In this document: piece by piece, positions 12,129-23,289 of the stretch | Position numbering within the stretch: the first letter of the stretch is position 1 | Layout: each line of letters begins with the position of its first letter | Source of the DNA: Thraustochytrium aureum | Lineage: Eukaryota | Length of the DNA: 49,288 nucleotides | Reading direction: 5' to 3' | Assembly (NCBI GenBank): GCA_012862495.1 | Contig: BLSG01000402.1 | Coordinates: 354,408 to 403,695 of the forward strand | Made by a program: the position numbers and the translations under genes | Notes under the pieces: model-generated | Databases searched by the model: none | What the model was told of the DNA's origin: nothing | Seen by the model: only the letters and a program-made list of their open reading frames with translations

Positions 12129-13955
12129 TCAGGGCTCGGCGTCCTCGTCCGGCCGGTAGATTGCATCGAGCCAGTGGTTCTTCGACTTGACGCGGCTGAT
12201 CTTCTCGAGCGAGGTGACCAAGTTGTGAATCTTGTACGTCCCCGTGGCAGATCCATACGGGAACTTGGCCTCCAAGTGGCGAATAAAGTTGTTGTAGTAG
12301 CCTCCCCTCGGGCTCGGGTAGATGCGGCGAAAGCCGCCCATCTTCTGCTGCTCCTTCTTCGACTCGAGCAGGTACTCGAGGTCGATCGGGCGCAGGCAGA
12401 CCTCGTCCGTGGTGCTGCAGCCCAGGCTCTGGTAACCGATCGGGTATCCGTCAAGCTCGAGCTCGGTCAAGTCCTGCGCCAGCGAGCGCGCAAACGAGTC
12501 GCTCGTGTACAGAATCTGCACCAAGTCGTGCGCCATCATCTTCTTCGTGTAGTCGTACTGCGAGTGCGCCTCGCCAGAGAGCTGCATGGACGGCTCTCCG
12601 TTGACCTCGATCACGCGCGGGACGAGGTCGTCGTCGACGATCACATCCACGCCCAACAGCTGGTAGCAGTTTGAGCAGGTAAAGTCGTTCTGCAGCTTTT
12701 TGAACTGCTTGACAAACGCGGGCTCGGCGCTGAGCAAAACCTGCACCACGCTGCGCTCGATGCGCTCCCAGAGCATCTCTGGGTCGATCCCGATCCCCTT
12801 GAGGTACGTGTAGACCTGGGGGAATGGCCATGTGAGGTCCTCCACAGCGACGCCGGCCTTTTTGTTCACGGACGTGTTGGTGAGGAACGCGGTGGCCTTG
12901 CCGCCGGCCTTGGCGTCCTTCTCGTACTTGGAGCTGGCGAAACGCACGAGCCCGTCGCGGTACATGTACACGCGCAGGGGGCTGATTGAGGTGACCAGGA
13001 CGTACGTGCGCATGTCCCACTTGCGCTGGTTGATCAGGAACGGGTTCGGCAAGTACGTCTGCACCACGATCTCGTCGTTGTCTGGAAACTTGCTCTTCCA
13101 GTTCACGAGTTGCCGCCAGTCGTCCATCACGATGATGCCGTTGCCCTCACCACGGTCGGTCGGCTTGAGGATGAACGATTTGTTTTGGTACATGTGCTTG
13201 CTCTCGTGGATCAAGTGCGCGTAGTCGGCGGGCAGCACCCAGCACGGAAACACAAACTCAAACGGGAGCTCGTCAAACCCGCGCGTCGCGGTGGCCATCG
13301 TCTCGCAAAACCTGTCCTTGTTCCACAGTGTCTTGCGCAGCCCATACAGTCGCGACACGCGCTGGTACCGCTTGAGGTTTGGGAGGTCGGAGGGCTCGAT
13401 GCAGTGCGACTTGCCGTCGAACAAGTCGAGGCACTTCATCACGGACCAGTCGCTGTACTTGCCCTGCTGCAGGTCCTGCTTGGTCGTCTGCACGATTTCG
13501 TGGCTGGCCTTTTTAAACGTGTAGTCCCAGATGTCAAAGTCGCGCTTCATGATAAAGCTCTTCCCAACCACGACCACCTTGTACTTGTCCGTGGGCGGCT
13601 TGATCGTGCGTTCCTGCTTCTCCAGCAACCGCAGCACGTCAGTCACACGCTGCACGTTCGAGCTCGTATCCGAGACAAAATCGTGCCCGTCTCCTTCGCC
13701 GCCGCCGTCGCCCTCCGCCTTGACCTCGACCGAGTTCTCCCCGCCGTCAGTCCCGCCGAGGAACGTTCCATCCTCAAAGCTCTTGCGGAGGTGCTTGACA
13801 ATCCACACATTCACCAGCACGGCGCCGATCGACAGCAAAAAGATCAGCGTCTTCACCACCGCCCACACCCCGAGCCCGCTGCCCGCGTTGTCCCCGAGGC
13901 CTTTGCCTCCTTCGAGCCCAGCGGCCTTGACCGCCTTCGAGTCAACGCGGCGCAT
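12129..13955 (-). CDS. Tubulin-tyrosine ligase (TTL/TTLL) family ATP-grasp ligase with N-terminal membrane anchor
   Basis: ATG 13955 (MRRVDSK); TM VWAVVKTLIFLLSIGAVLVNVWIV; TTL motifs FILKPTDRGEGNGI, VVQTYLPNPFLINQRKWDMRTYVLV, GLVRFAS, FLTNTSVNK, CYQLLGVDVIVDDDLVPRVIEVNGEPSM, GGFRRIYPS. Confidence 0.88.
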   Translation of the reverse strand: MRRVDSKAVKAAGLEGGKGLGDNAGSGLGVWAVVKTLIFLLSIGAVLVNVWIVKHLRKSFEDGTFLGGTDGGENSVEVKAEGDGGGEGDGHDFVSDTSSNVQRVTDVLRLLEKQERTIKPPTDKYKVVVVGKSFIMKRDFDIWDYTFKKASHEIVQTTKQDLQQGKYSDWSVMKCLDLFDGKSHCIEPSDLPNLKRYQRVSRLYGLRKTLWNKDRFCETMATATRGFDELPFEFVFPCWVLPADYAHLIHESKHMYQNKSFILKPTDRGEGNGIIVMDDWRQLVNWKSKFPDNDEIVVQTYLPNPFLINQRKWDMRTYVLVTSISPLRVYMYRDGLVRFASSKYEKDAKAGGKATAFLTNTSVNKKAGVAVEDLTWPFPQVYTYLKGIGIDPEMLWERIERSVVQVLLSAEPAFVKQFKKLQNDFTCSNCYQLLGVDVIVDDDLVPRVIEVNGEPSMQLSGEAHSQYDYTKKMMAHDLVQILYTSDSFARSLAQDLTELELDGYPIGYQSLGCSTTDEVCLRPIDLEYLLESKKEQQKMGGFRRIYPSPRGGYYNNFIRHLEAKFPYGSATGTYKIHNLVTSLEKISRVKSKNHWLDAIYRPDEDAEP

Positions 13956-14775
13956 CCTGACCGAACCGAGTCCACCGGCCGAAACCTGCACGCGCGACAA
14001 GCGCTTATCGACGAGGACAGCCCTATCGCTACGCGCCTTTCGCGCCTTTCGCGCCTTTCGCGCCTCGCCGGCGCGCGCGTCCAACTGACGCCACTCGATG
14101 CGTGTCTGCAGCTCATCAGTACGTAGCTACTAGTAGCTCCCTGCATCTCGTGCATTCGCCCCACGACTACGCGCCGCTTCCCGCACACGACCGCGCTCCC
14201 GCTCATCTTTCATCCACTTCCCCGGCGCCCGTGTCTTGTGGCGCCGAGCCGCCCCGCAGAGCCGACTGTGACGCGGGNNNNNNNNNNNNNNNNNNNNNNN
14301 NNNNNNNNNNNNNNNNNNNNNNNNNNNNNNNNNNNNNNNNNNNNNNNNNNNNNNNNNNNNNNNNNNNNNNNNNNNNNNNNNNNNNNNNNNNNNNNNNNNN
14401 NNNNNNNNNNNNNNNNNNNNNNNNNNNNNNNNNNNNNNNNNNNNNNNNNNNNNNNNNNNNNNNNNNNNNNNNNNNNNNNNNNNNNNNNNNNNNNNNNNNN
14501 NNNNNNNNNNNNNNNNNNNNNNNNNNNNNNNNNNNNNNNNNNNNNNNNNNNNNNNNNNNNNNNNNNNNNNNNNNNNNNNNNNNNNNNNNNNNNNNNNNNN
14601 NNNNNNNNNNNNNNNNNNNNNNNNNNNNNNNNNNNNNNNNNNNNNNNNNNNNNNNNNNNNNNNNNNNNNNNNNNNNNNNNNNNNNNNNNNNNNNNNNNNN
14701 NNNNNNNNNNNNNNNNNNNNNNNNNNNNNNNNNNNNNNNNNNNNNNNNNNNNNTGATGGGGATTGCAGGACGCCG

Positions 14776-16449
14776 ATGATGCGCTCGGAAGAGGCCGACG
14801 CGGAGGCGACCTCGGCCGTCATCGCGCAAGCGCGGCTGGCTTCACGGAGGCGGCACCAGGCACGCCGAGCCGCGCTGTACTTGCTGGGCACTGTGGCCGT
14901 GTACTCGAGCATTGGGACATGGATAGGGGTGTGGAACACGCTTGCCGTGACGGGTCTCGGCCTCGTGGGCTGTCGCGAGCTCGACGAGTCGGGCGAATCG
15001 TGCCTCGAACCTGCGTTGTGGCTTCCCGTGGCGCTCGCGTTCATCGGTATCGCAATGGCCTACATTGCCGGCTCGCTGCTGCAGAACGGCCAGGTGGTGG
15101 CGCCATCAGATCCGGTGTTCGCCTCTGTAGAGCGCTTCTGGACAGAGTACCAGGTTCTCTTTCCACTTCGCGCCGTGATCGCGTACGCTGGTCAGATTTC
15201 GTGCACTTGTGGCATGTACATGTTTATCCTCGCTCACTGGAGCGAAAACAACCCGGCGCCCTGGAAAGACGTCCTGTGCGCCACCGTCGGCCTCGCAGGG
15301 TTCGCCTCTGTAATCGTCTACTTTGAGTACTACGCAGCTGGGCGCGCCATGGACGTCATGGATGGCGACGCCGAGCCAGAGGAGCGACGAATCCTCGGCG
15401 TGAACATCCCCAGCCCGCAGCACGTCGTGCATTTCTCGACCATGCTCGACCCCGTTGCGCCGGTTCTAATAGAAAACTTTGAGGAGCCCACCACCTCGCA
15501 AGATGTTCGCGAGCAGCTTGACGAGTTGCTGCCGCCCTCGACACCGCGCGCCACGGTGCGGAGCCGCGTGGCGGCGATCATGAGCAAGATCAAGGCTCGC
15601 CGACGCTTCACCAACATTCGCTACGCCCTCCTGTCTTTGGTGAGCCTCTGGCTGCAGGCCTGCGCCTGGCTCGGTGTAGACCGCATCTGCCAGATTTGGT
15701 TGTACCCTGGCAAAGCACGGAGAGAACAGGGACTGGCCGCTGTCGAACATGCAGCGAGCACCACCGGGGCGGCTTCGCTGTCGACGCCTTTCTCGTGGTC
15801 GCTGCCGCACTTTCGCATGCCAGACGACCCAAGCGCGCTGAATGAGCTGGTATACATGTGTATCGGCGTCCCGCTAATGCTCTTCTCGCACACGTTCCTC
15901 GTGCACGCGTGCGTGGAGCCAACGCGAAACGTGGCTGCCAAGCGCGAAGTTCGCGTGGCGATCGCGCCGTGGGTGGTCGTGGACCGCACGGCGGGCCTGG
16001 GGCTCCTGGTTTCTTGGCTTGCCGAGTTTGCGGGGCTGGTCGGCAACTTTTTGAACCTGACCGGGTTTTGGTTCCTCATCGACGAGCACTCGGGCTTGCC
16101 CCAAACGACATCGCGCAACGTGATTATGATGGCCTTTGTCATCCCGTTGGCTTGTACAGGGGCCTTCTTCACCGATGCCGGCGTCAGCTCGGACAACCAC
16201 CATGGCGCGATCCGCTACCTTGGCCTGCAGCGCGCGGCTAGCGGGGCGGTGAGCGTCTTCCTCGCAGGCAGCGCGGAGCGGGCGGACATCGAGGGTGCGA
16301 GCTTGTTGGGTCGGCATTACGCGCCGTCAGACGCGCATGCGCAAGAGTCGGCGAGCGACTCTGACTACGGCAGCACCATGGACAGCATGGCCACGACCGC
16401 CGTCGAGGACCAGCAGCATCTTGACGAGTCGGCCGTGGCGTCCAGCTAG
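14776..16449 (+). CDS. Multi-pass membrane protein with two TM bundles separated by a hydrophilic loop; possibly Fuseless-like
   Basis: 557-aa ORF, ~8-9 hydrophobic segments; recurring W/LxGxW-like motifs (WIGVWNTL, AWLGVDRI, LTGFWFLID). Start abuts a gap, so the N-terminus is uncertain; family call tentative. Confidence 0.6.
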   Translation: MMRSEEADAEATSAVIAQARLASRRRHQARRAALYLLGTVAVYSSIGTWIGVWNTLAVTGLGLVGCRELDESGESCLEPALWLPVALAFIGIAMAYIAGSLLQNGQVVAPSDPVFASVERFWTEYQVLFPLRAVIAYAGQISCTCGMYMFILAHWSENNPAPWKDVLCATVGLAGFASVIVYFEYYAAGRAMDVMDGDAEPEERRILGVNIPSPQHVVHFSTMLDPVAPVLIENFEEPTTSQDVREQLDELLPPSTPRATVRSRVAAIMSKIKARRRFTNIRYALLSLVSLWLQACAWLGVDRICQIWLYPGKARREQGLAAVEHAASTTGAASLSTPFSWSLPHFRMPDDPSALNELVYMCIGVPLMLFSHTFLVHACVEPTRNVAAKREVRVAIAPWVVVDRTAGLGLLVSWLAEFAGLVGNFLNLTGFWFLIDEHSGLPQTTSRNVIMMAFVIPLACTGAFFTDAGVSSDNHHGAIRYLGLQRAASGAVSVFLAGSAERADIEGASLLGRHYAPSDAHAQESASDSDYGSTMDSMATTAVEDQQHLDESAVASS

Positions 16450-16988
16450 CCGATCGGCTTGAGTAGCTCTCCGCTTCGCCGGCCTTGCTTGCCTCGCCCG
16501 CCTTGCATGCCCGCGTGCGCTGCGCTCGCGTGAAGGAGGCCCCGCGAGGGAACTAGCTAGATCATTCGGTGAAGCAACCAGCCCGTGACCAATGTTATGG
16601 CGTTTCGGCCTTGCTCCCTCGGATTTTATCCCCTTGACCCAGGCGACCCACGAGCTCCCAAATCCGAAGCCAGTCGCGCCGCGCGTCGCTGCCAACGGCC
16701 CGGGTCGCCGCTTCGCGAGACTCGAGGCTCCGTCGAGGTCGCTTCGGGCTCCAGTTTTCCATGGTCGCCAGAGTTGCTCCTCCAAGAAACGAGCAGAGCC
16801 CAAACCAAACGCAGCCAGCGAGGATACGGACGAGGCCGCGGGGGCACGGGGCTCAGGCCATCGCAGCACGACCAGGAGAGGCAGGAGGGCCCAGCAGAAG
16901 AGGCAGNNNNNNNNNNNNNNNNNNNNNNNNNNNNNNNNNNNNNNNNNNNNNNNNNNNNNNNNNNNNNNNNNNNNTTCTTGTGGGCGGC

Positions 16989-19900
16989 ATGGCGTTCGTG
17001 CGGCGGCCAGAGCCCGGCGGGGACGAGAGCATCAAAAGGCAAAGGCTCCGCCTCGGCGCGGGCGGAGCAGTCGCGCTTGCGGCGCTCGGCAGCATGCCGA
17101 GGCAGGTGAGCTCGCTCGAGCAGATTCTGCCCGGCTGCTTTGGCCTCGCCGAGGCAGGCGGAGACGTCGTCGCCTGGGTCGTCGCGCATAACCACCTCTT
17201 GGTGTGGTTGGCGCGACCGCTTCACAAGGCCGCGACGGCCGACAAGCCCGACTGCAGACGGCTGGCTATTCCCCGCGAGGCCGCGCACTCTGGGTCGCGG
17301 TGGTTCTTGACGGCGTTCAAGTTTGCTGAGGAAGACGTGTTTGGCGTGCTCTTATGCTCTGAGGCCGGCACCACGTTGTGCTGGCCGAGCGTCAACAGCA
17401 CAGTCCCTGTGAGCGCGACTCTGCTCACGCAAGACGGCCTGCCGCTCACCTCGCTCGACGCCGCGTGCGACGAAAGCTCGGTGCATGCCATGGTCGGCGC
17501 TGCCTCCGGCGAGGTCTTCCTCGTGTGGCTGTCCGCCGCAGACCTCTGCTTGCGGCACAAGCTGGCTCTGCGCGCCAGCGGGGCGCAGCGCGATGGGCCG
17601 GGGCTGGCCGGCGACGAGGGCGGCGCTGGCTCTGGCGTCGCCTCCCTCGTTGGCCGCTGGCTCGGCATCGGCTCGACCGCTTCACAAGCGGAAAGTGGAG
17701 CCAACGCTGGCGCGACTGACAAAGGAGGCCCTCTTGGAGGATCTGTGCTCGACTTGAGCGTCGCCCGCCGCGGAGACACGCTCTGGTGCGCCGTCCTGCT
17801 TGACAACGGACGCCTCCTCAGGCTGGACGCCTTGCTAGGGGACATGACAATCACTTGCGCGTGGCGAACGTCCAAGGCGCTCGACGCTGTGCGTGAAGGG
17901 CGAACGCACGGCGTCGCCAAGCCTCGGCTCACCCGTGTTTCGTGGCTTGAGGCGGACGCGTCCAGCGGCCGCCTCTTCCTGGCTGCTGCCGCAACCGACG
18001 GCCACAGCTGCCACGAGTTTCGCGGCGCCACCGATGCTCAACCGCCGCGGCTCGTGCGCAGTTCGCCCGTCCTTGAGCGGTCCCAAGGGCGAAGCGCTGC
18101 ATTCGCGATACACGTCGCTCAAGCAGAGCCGACCGCAGTGTTTGCATTTGAGGATGAGGGGGAGGAGGAAGGCAAGTTTGTCGTCTGCGTCTCGACGCGT
18201 CTCGGCGATTGGCACGAGGAACGCAGAGCTGGCGTCACAACCGGGTGGTTTGCGCTGCGCGCGGGACCCGCCCCGCTCGCGGCTGCAGTTCTTACAGCAA
18301 CGTGCGTGCTGGGCGTCACGTTTGATTTGAGCGGCTCGGCATTGCGTGGCGTCGCAGGGCCTCAAACCGCCGTTGCTCGCGTGCCGCCCGCGGCGCCAGC
18401 GGCCTCGCGTCGCGCGGCTCCCGCGCAGGAGAGCTCGATGGCACTGGGTGGATCGCCGCTCCCCGAGTCAGAGGTCCGCAACGTTTTCAAGCGCGTCTTG
18501 AAGGGCTTCCTCCAGGTCGCAGGAACGGGCGGAGAGGCGCTCCGAGTGGCCCAAGATGACAACCACTGGCGAGACTTGATGGCATCGAGCGGCGAGCCTC
18601 TTCGCCTCGCTCTTCGCGCCGCCTGCGAGAGCGAGCTGGACCGGAGTCCGCAGCAGCGCTGGGCTGACCAGTACTCTGGTGCAGGGGACGGTAGCCACGG
18701 AGGCGACCTCGAGCAAGTTTCGCCGCAGCTCATCCAGCGTCACCTCTATTCAAAGGCATCCCGGTTTGGGTCGCCCAATGGCCTATTCGGCCTGCTGGAA
18801 CAGTCCGGCATGCTAGACCGTCTCGCAGCTGACCCTGAGGCGCTCAGTGACCTCGCTAGCTCTGGTCACAAACTGTCAGCCAGCATGCGGCTCTGCGATT
18901 TGCACCGCAGAGCGCTGCAGGACTCGCCGACAACTGTCATCATGTTGGCTCAGACAATGCGGCTCGTCGTGATTGAGCGTCTGGAGCGCTTCGGACAGCC
19001 GCACGACGAGGAGCGCTTCAAGGCCCAGCTCGAGATGTCCGGACTCACGGTGGCTGATCTCTTTTACTCGAAGGTCTCCGATCTCGGGGCGCTGGCGGTC
19101 AAGCTTTGCGACGCCGACTCTGACGCGCAGCGCCTCAGCCAAAGTGGGGCCTCCGCTGTCGACTACATTCGAGCAGCCAACGACGTATTGCTCTGTCTCC
19201 TTACTGTCGAAAGCGGCGATCTGAGCGAGAGCCTCGCGCGTCGTTTTTCTCCGGAGGACAGCGCGACCTGGCGCGACCACCACGCACTGCTTGAGGCAGT
19301 TCGCGCACACATCCAGTTCACCGTTGACGCTCTGCCTGCCCCGCAGCGACCTGGCGGAGCTCGTCCAGAGACACCTAAGCTCGAACAGCAACTGGCCAAG
19401 CTGGTTGACCTCTACTTGGGCGGTCTCGCGCGCAGCGGCAACCGCCCAGACCAGGCCCTTATGAACAAGCTGATAGAGCCCTTCCTTGACGGAGGCGGCT
19501 CCAACGAACGTCTAGAGCGAGGGCGCCACCTTTGCGAACAGTACGTCTGCTTGGACGGCCTCTTCAGGGTTGCAGATTTGTACCGGGAGCAAGGCGCCGA
19601 CGACCTGCTCCACAACTACACGCGAACTGGGATCTGTGCGCGCCTCGAGTTGGTGCAGGACGAAGAGGGCTGGTTCGTGATCAAGTCCTTCGCCGGCGAG
19701 CCACTGACGATGGGCCTTTCGGGCCACCGCTGGCGGCTTGCAAAGCACGGCGGCTCCAAAAGTCGCCTTTTGCGCTGGACGCTGTGCCACGAGCAGGGCG
19801 ACCTGTTTCTTAGTCTGGGCCAGGACAAGGTGTGGACTGTCCGCCAAACGGTTTACCCAAGCGAGTTGGAGATGCTGGAGATTGTCCCGTTCGACTCTGT

Positions 19901-20311
19901 TGACCAAGGTGAATCAGAAAAGAGCCTGCTTGGCTGGGACGGTCTCACCCGCTGCGGCGTCGCAGCAGACGGCCGATCGTGCGCAGCAGTGCGAGACGTG
20001 GATGCTTGGCTGGGAATGCCTGGTGTGGCATTTCGCAAGTGCATCGAATTGGGACAAGGAGACCGCGTGCTCGCGCTCTTGGAGGACGGCACGTTGGACG
20101 TGCATTGGCGCCGCTTTTTGGCGCGGGGCGAAGTATCGGGCGGCGAAGCCGGTCGTCTGCTTGGCGAGTTGTCCTGGCTCGGCGCCCTGCGTGTGGGCGA
20201 CTACAACCTGCCGCCGCCACGATCGAAAAGGGCGGTTCGCCCTACCCTGGGGGCTTTGCCGCGGGTCTTGCGAAGCTCTGCCGCAGCGTGGGGTCGGATT
20301 GGGCGTGCTAG
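16989..20311 (+). CDS. NUP133: Nucleoporin Nup133-like; probable frameshift near 20205-20212 (uncorrected frame stops at 20450)
   Basis: N-terminal beta-propeller-like region, then Nup133-like helical motifs RWAD...PQLIQRHLYSK, LEQSGMLDRL, SGHKLSASMRL, LTVADLFYSKVSDL, LCEQYVCLDGLF, ELSWLGAL; shifted frame gives AAATIEK...AGLAKLC*. Start uncertain (gap 16907-16974). Confidence 0.75.
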
Positions 20312-20792
20312 GAGGAGGAGGTCGCACTCTAGCTTGAGTTCGCTGCGGCGGCATACTGCACCTGAGAGTGGCTCGGGCAGGCTCAGTATTGGGCACGACG
20401 ATTCGCGCCGTGCCACGAGCTTGGCAGGCCAAGGCAGCATCTCTACCTAACTAGCTGGTCTGTGCCACCGATCGATTTTCCGGAGCTGCTTCGTTCTCGC
20501 CCATCCTTGGCCCGAGAGCGGTTGACCGACGCCAGGGCGCACCCCGTCCACCCTGGCACTCGAACTCGATGCGCTACCTCCAGGCGCACGCTTCGCCGAG
20601 CGCTCCATGCGCCCGTGGCGTCAAAACAAGCGGCCGCACCGTGCGTCGCTCGCCACAGGATGCGCGACGAGCGTGCTGCACGTCATCCAGCGGCCGCGGC
20701 TTGCTCGCACGGCCGTGCCTCGACAAGCTGAGCCTTAGACAGTGAGTGAGCCTGGAAGGCCGGCAAGTGGTGTTCTCCATCACATCTTGTCA

Positions 20793-20995
20793 ATAGATCG
20801 GTCTGCGTCTGGCAGGCTGGGTTGGATGGGTTGGTTGCGCTCTTGCTCAAGCGGCAAATGCATTTACTAGCGATAGATCGGTCTGCGCCAGGCAGGCTGG
20901 ATGGCTTGGTTGCGCTCCTGCTCGAGCAGCGAATGCATTTACAAGAGATAGATCGGTCTGCGCCAGGCAGGCTGGATGGCTTGGTTGCGCTCCTG
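20793..20995. repeat. Tandem minisatellite, ~75-80 bp unit, ~2.6 copies, just before a gap
   Basis: atagatcggtctgcg..ggcaggctgg..atgg.ttggttgcgctc.tg begins at 20793, 20873 and 20948. Confidence 0.9.
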
Positions 20996-21699
20996 TATGG
21001 TTGCGCTCCTGTAGTCAGAANNNNNNNNNNNNNNNNNNNNNNNNNNNNNNNNNNNNNNNNNNNNNNNNNNNNNNNNNNNNNNNNNNNNNNNNNNNNNNNN
21101 NNNNNNNNNNNNNNNNNNNNNNNNNNNNNNNNNNNNNNNNNNNNNNNNNNNNNNNNNNNNNNNNNNNNNNNNNNNNNNNNNNNNNNNNNNNNNNNNNNNN
21201 NNNNNNNNNNNNNNNNNNNNNNNNNNNNNNNNNNNNNNNNNNNNNNNNNNNNNNNNNNNNNNNNNNNNNNNNNNCTCGCTCGAGCGCGTCGCGGTCGCCT
21301 GATGAGGACGGACTCGTCAACGGGCACCTGAGGACTTGCTCATTCGGCTTGCACGAGAGTCGGGTGGACTCGATGGATGGATCGTGATGACCATGAAGAT
21401 GTTGGATGCGTTCTGGTCGGACACATTGGTGCGCGAAGGTCGAGGCTGCGGGCGGCTGCGGCGCGGGCAGCCGGCCATCGTTGGTGTGGGGCCCGCTGAC
21501 GATCGCCCCGTGGTCCTGCCGCGTTAGATTTGCTGCGAGTCCGGCGGGGCGCGAGAAGCCGCGCGAAGCCCGGGCTCTGACTGGACAAACACACGCAACA
21601 CCGCCAAGTGCGCACGCGGAGGCGCTCGAATAGGCGAGGCGCAGCTCGGGCCCGCGAAGGACTGGCGGGCTTGTCGAGGCAGGCGGGCGTGCGGCCGCG

Positions 21700-23143
21700 A
21701 TGACGCGCGTTGTTGCGCTGGGCGGCGGCGTCTCGGGGGCTGACGGCGGCGTTCCTCGCGAGACGCGCTCTGCTCGGGGCGAGCGGGCAGGTGCACCTTG
21801 TGGAGGCGGCGCAGCGCGCAGGCGGCGGTTTTGCCGAGCGCGACCCGGCGCGAGGGGCATTGCTAGAGCGTGGACCGCACTCGTTCCGGCCCGTCGGCCC
21901 GAGCGGGAGCTCGGTCCTGAGGCTCGTGGAAGAGCTTGGGCTGGAGCATGAAGCTCTCGCCACCTCGGCGACGGCCAAGCAGCGCTATCTGTGGGTCGAC
22001 CAAGAGCTGGTCGAGATGCCCTCGAGCCTCAAGGGCCTGTTCACGAGCCGCTTGACGCGCTCTCTGCCTTGGCTTGGCTTGCGCGAGGCACTCCTCGTGC
22101 GGCGGTCCAATGCGCCGGACGAAAGCGTCGCCGATTTCTTTTCGCGGCGCTTCAGCCCGCGAACGGCCAAAGTGTTTGCAGACGGCCTCGTGCAAGGCAT
22201 CTTCGCTGGCGACATCTCAAAGCTGTCGGTGACGGCGTGTTTCCCCCTCCTCCGAGACCTTGAGCAAAAGTACGGCTCGGTCGTCCTCGGCATGGTCATG
22301 CAAGGCTTGTTGGGCAGTTCCACCGGTGGAGGAGGGGTGCCACTCCAGACGGAGCGCGGCCGGGCGCTCGCGAAAGCGACAGGGGTCTCGTTCCCTGGGG
22401 GCTTGCAGCGCCTCACGGACGCCCTTGAACAGCAGACCTTCGGCCTGGGGGATAGGCGCCTGGAGTGCAAACTGCACCTTGGCGAACGCGTTACCGCCGT
22501 CGCGAAGGACCGTCGCGTCACGCTTCAGAGTGGCGCGGTCTTGGAGGCGGACTATGTACTGAGCGCGTTGCCAGCGCGCGAGCTCTGGCCCGTGCTCCCC
22601 CCGGGCGCAGCAGAGCCTGTCCGCGAACTGGCAGAGTCGCTGCCATTCGCCTCTGTGGCCGTGATCAACCTGGCCTACGAGGGGATGGACCGGTTGCCAA
22701 AGCAGGGCTTCGGGCACCTCGTGCCGACGTATCAGAACGAGGGCGTGCTCGGCATGATCTATGACAGCGAGGTGTTTCCAAGCCAACAGCCCGACGGCAC
22801 CAGCGCGCTGACGGTCATGGCGGGCGGAGCAAAGTTCCCCCACATTGCGAGCCTGAGCGAGTCGGAGCTCATATCCTTTGCGCAGCAGAAGGTGGCGGCC
22901 CACCTTGGGCTCACAGAGGCGCCTTCAGCAGCGCGCGCTGTGGTTCACCGCGACTGCATCCCGCAGTACCCTGTGGGGCACACTGAGCGCGTCAACAAGG
23001 TTAGGAGGGAGCTGCGGGAGTCGCTGCCGTTCCTGCGCGTCTTCGGCAACCACTTTGGCGGCGTTGGGATCGCAGACTCGGTCGCGAACGCGCGTCGGGC
23101 GGTCGAGTCAATGGATTTGTCCGTGCACATACCTTTTAAATGA
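21700..23143 (+). CDS. PPOX: Protoporphyrinogen oxidase (HemY/PPOX); frameshift at G5 21735-21739
   Basis: MTRVVALGGGVSG|LTAAF (GxGxxG), VHLVEA, LERGPHSFRP, DESVADFFSRRF, GIFAGDISKLSV, YGSVVLG, SFPGGLQRL, GFGHLVP, LGMIYDSEVFP, CIPQYPVGH, GNHFGGVGIAD. Confidence 0.93.
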
Positions 23144-23289
23144 ACCGTTTCGCGTTGCGGGTGCCTGGCGGCCGGCCGCACGCGCGCTGACCACGGCGCC
23201 TTGACCAAGCGATAAAAAGGGAGTAGTTTGTTTTGAGGGAAACTACACACTTCTAGCAAGCTAGCCCGTCCGCTGTTGAGCGGGCTGCT

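Noticed and set aside
20793..20995. CRISPR-like repeat-spacer array (also considered for 318-563 and 3868-4058)
   Set aside because: Intervening sequences are themselves homologous, there are only 2-3 copies, there are no cas genes, and the context is eukaryotic.
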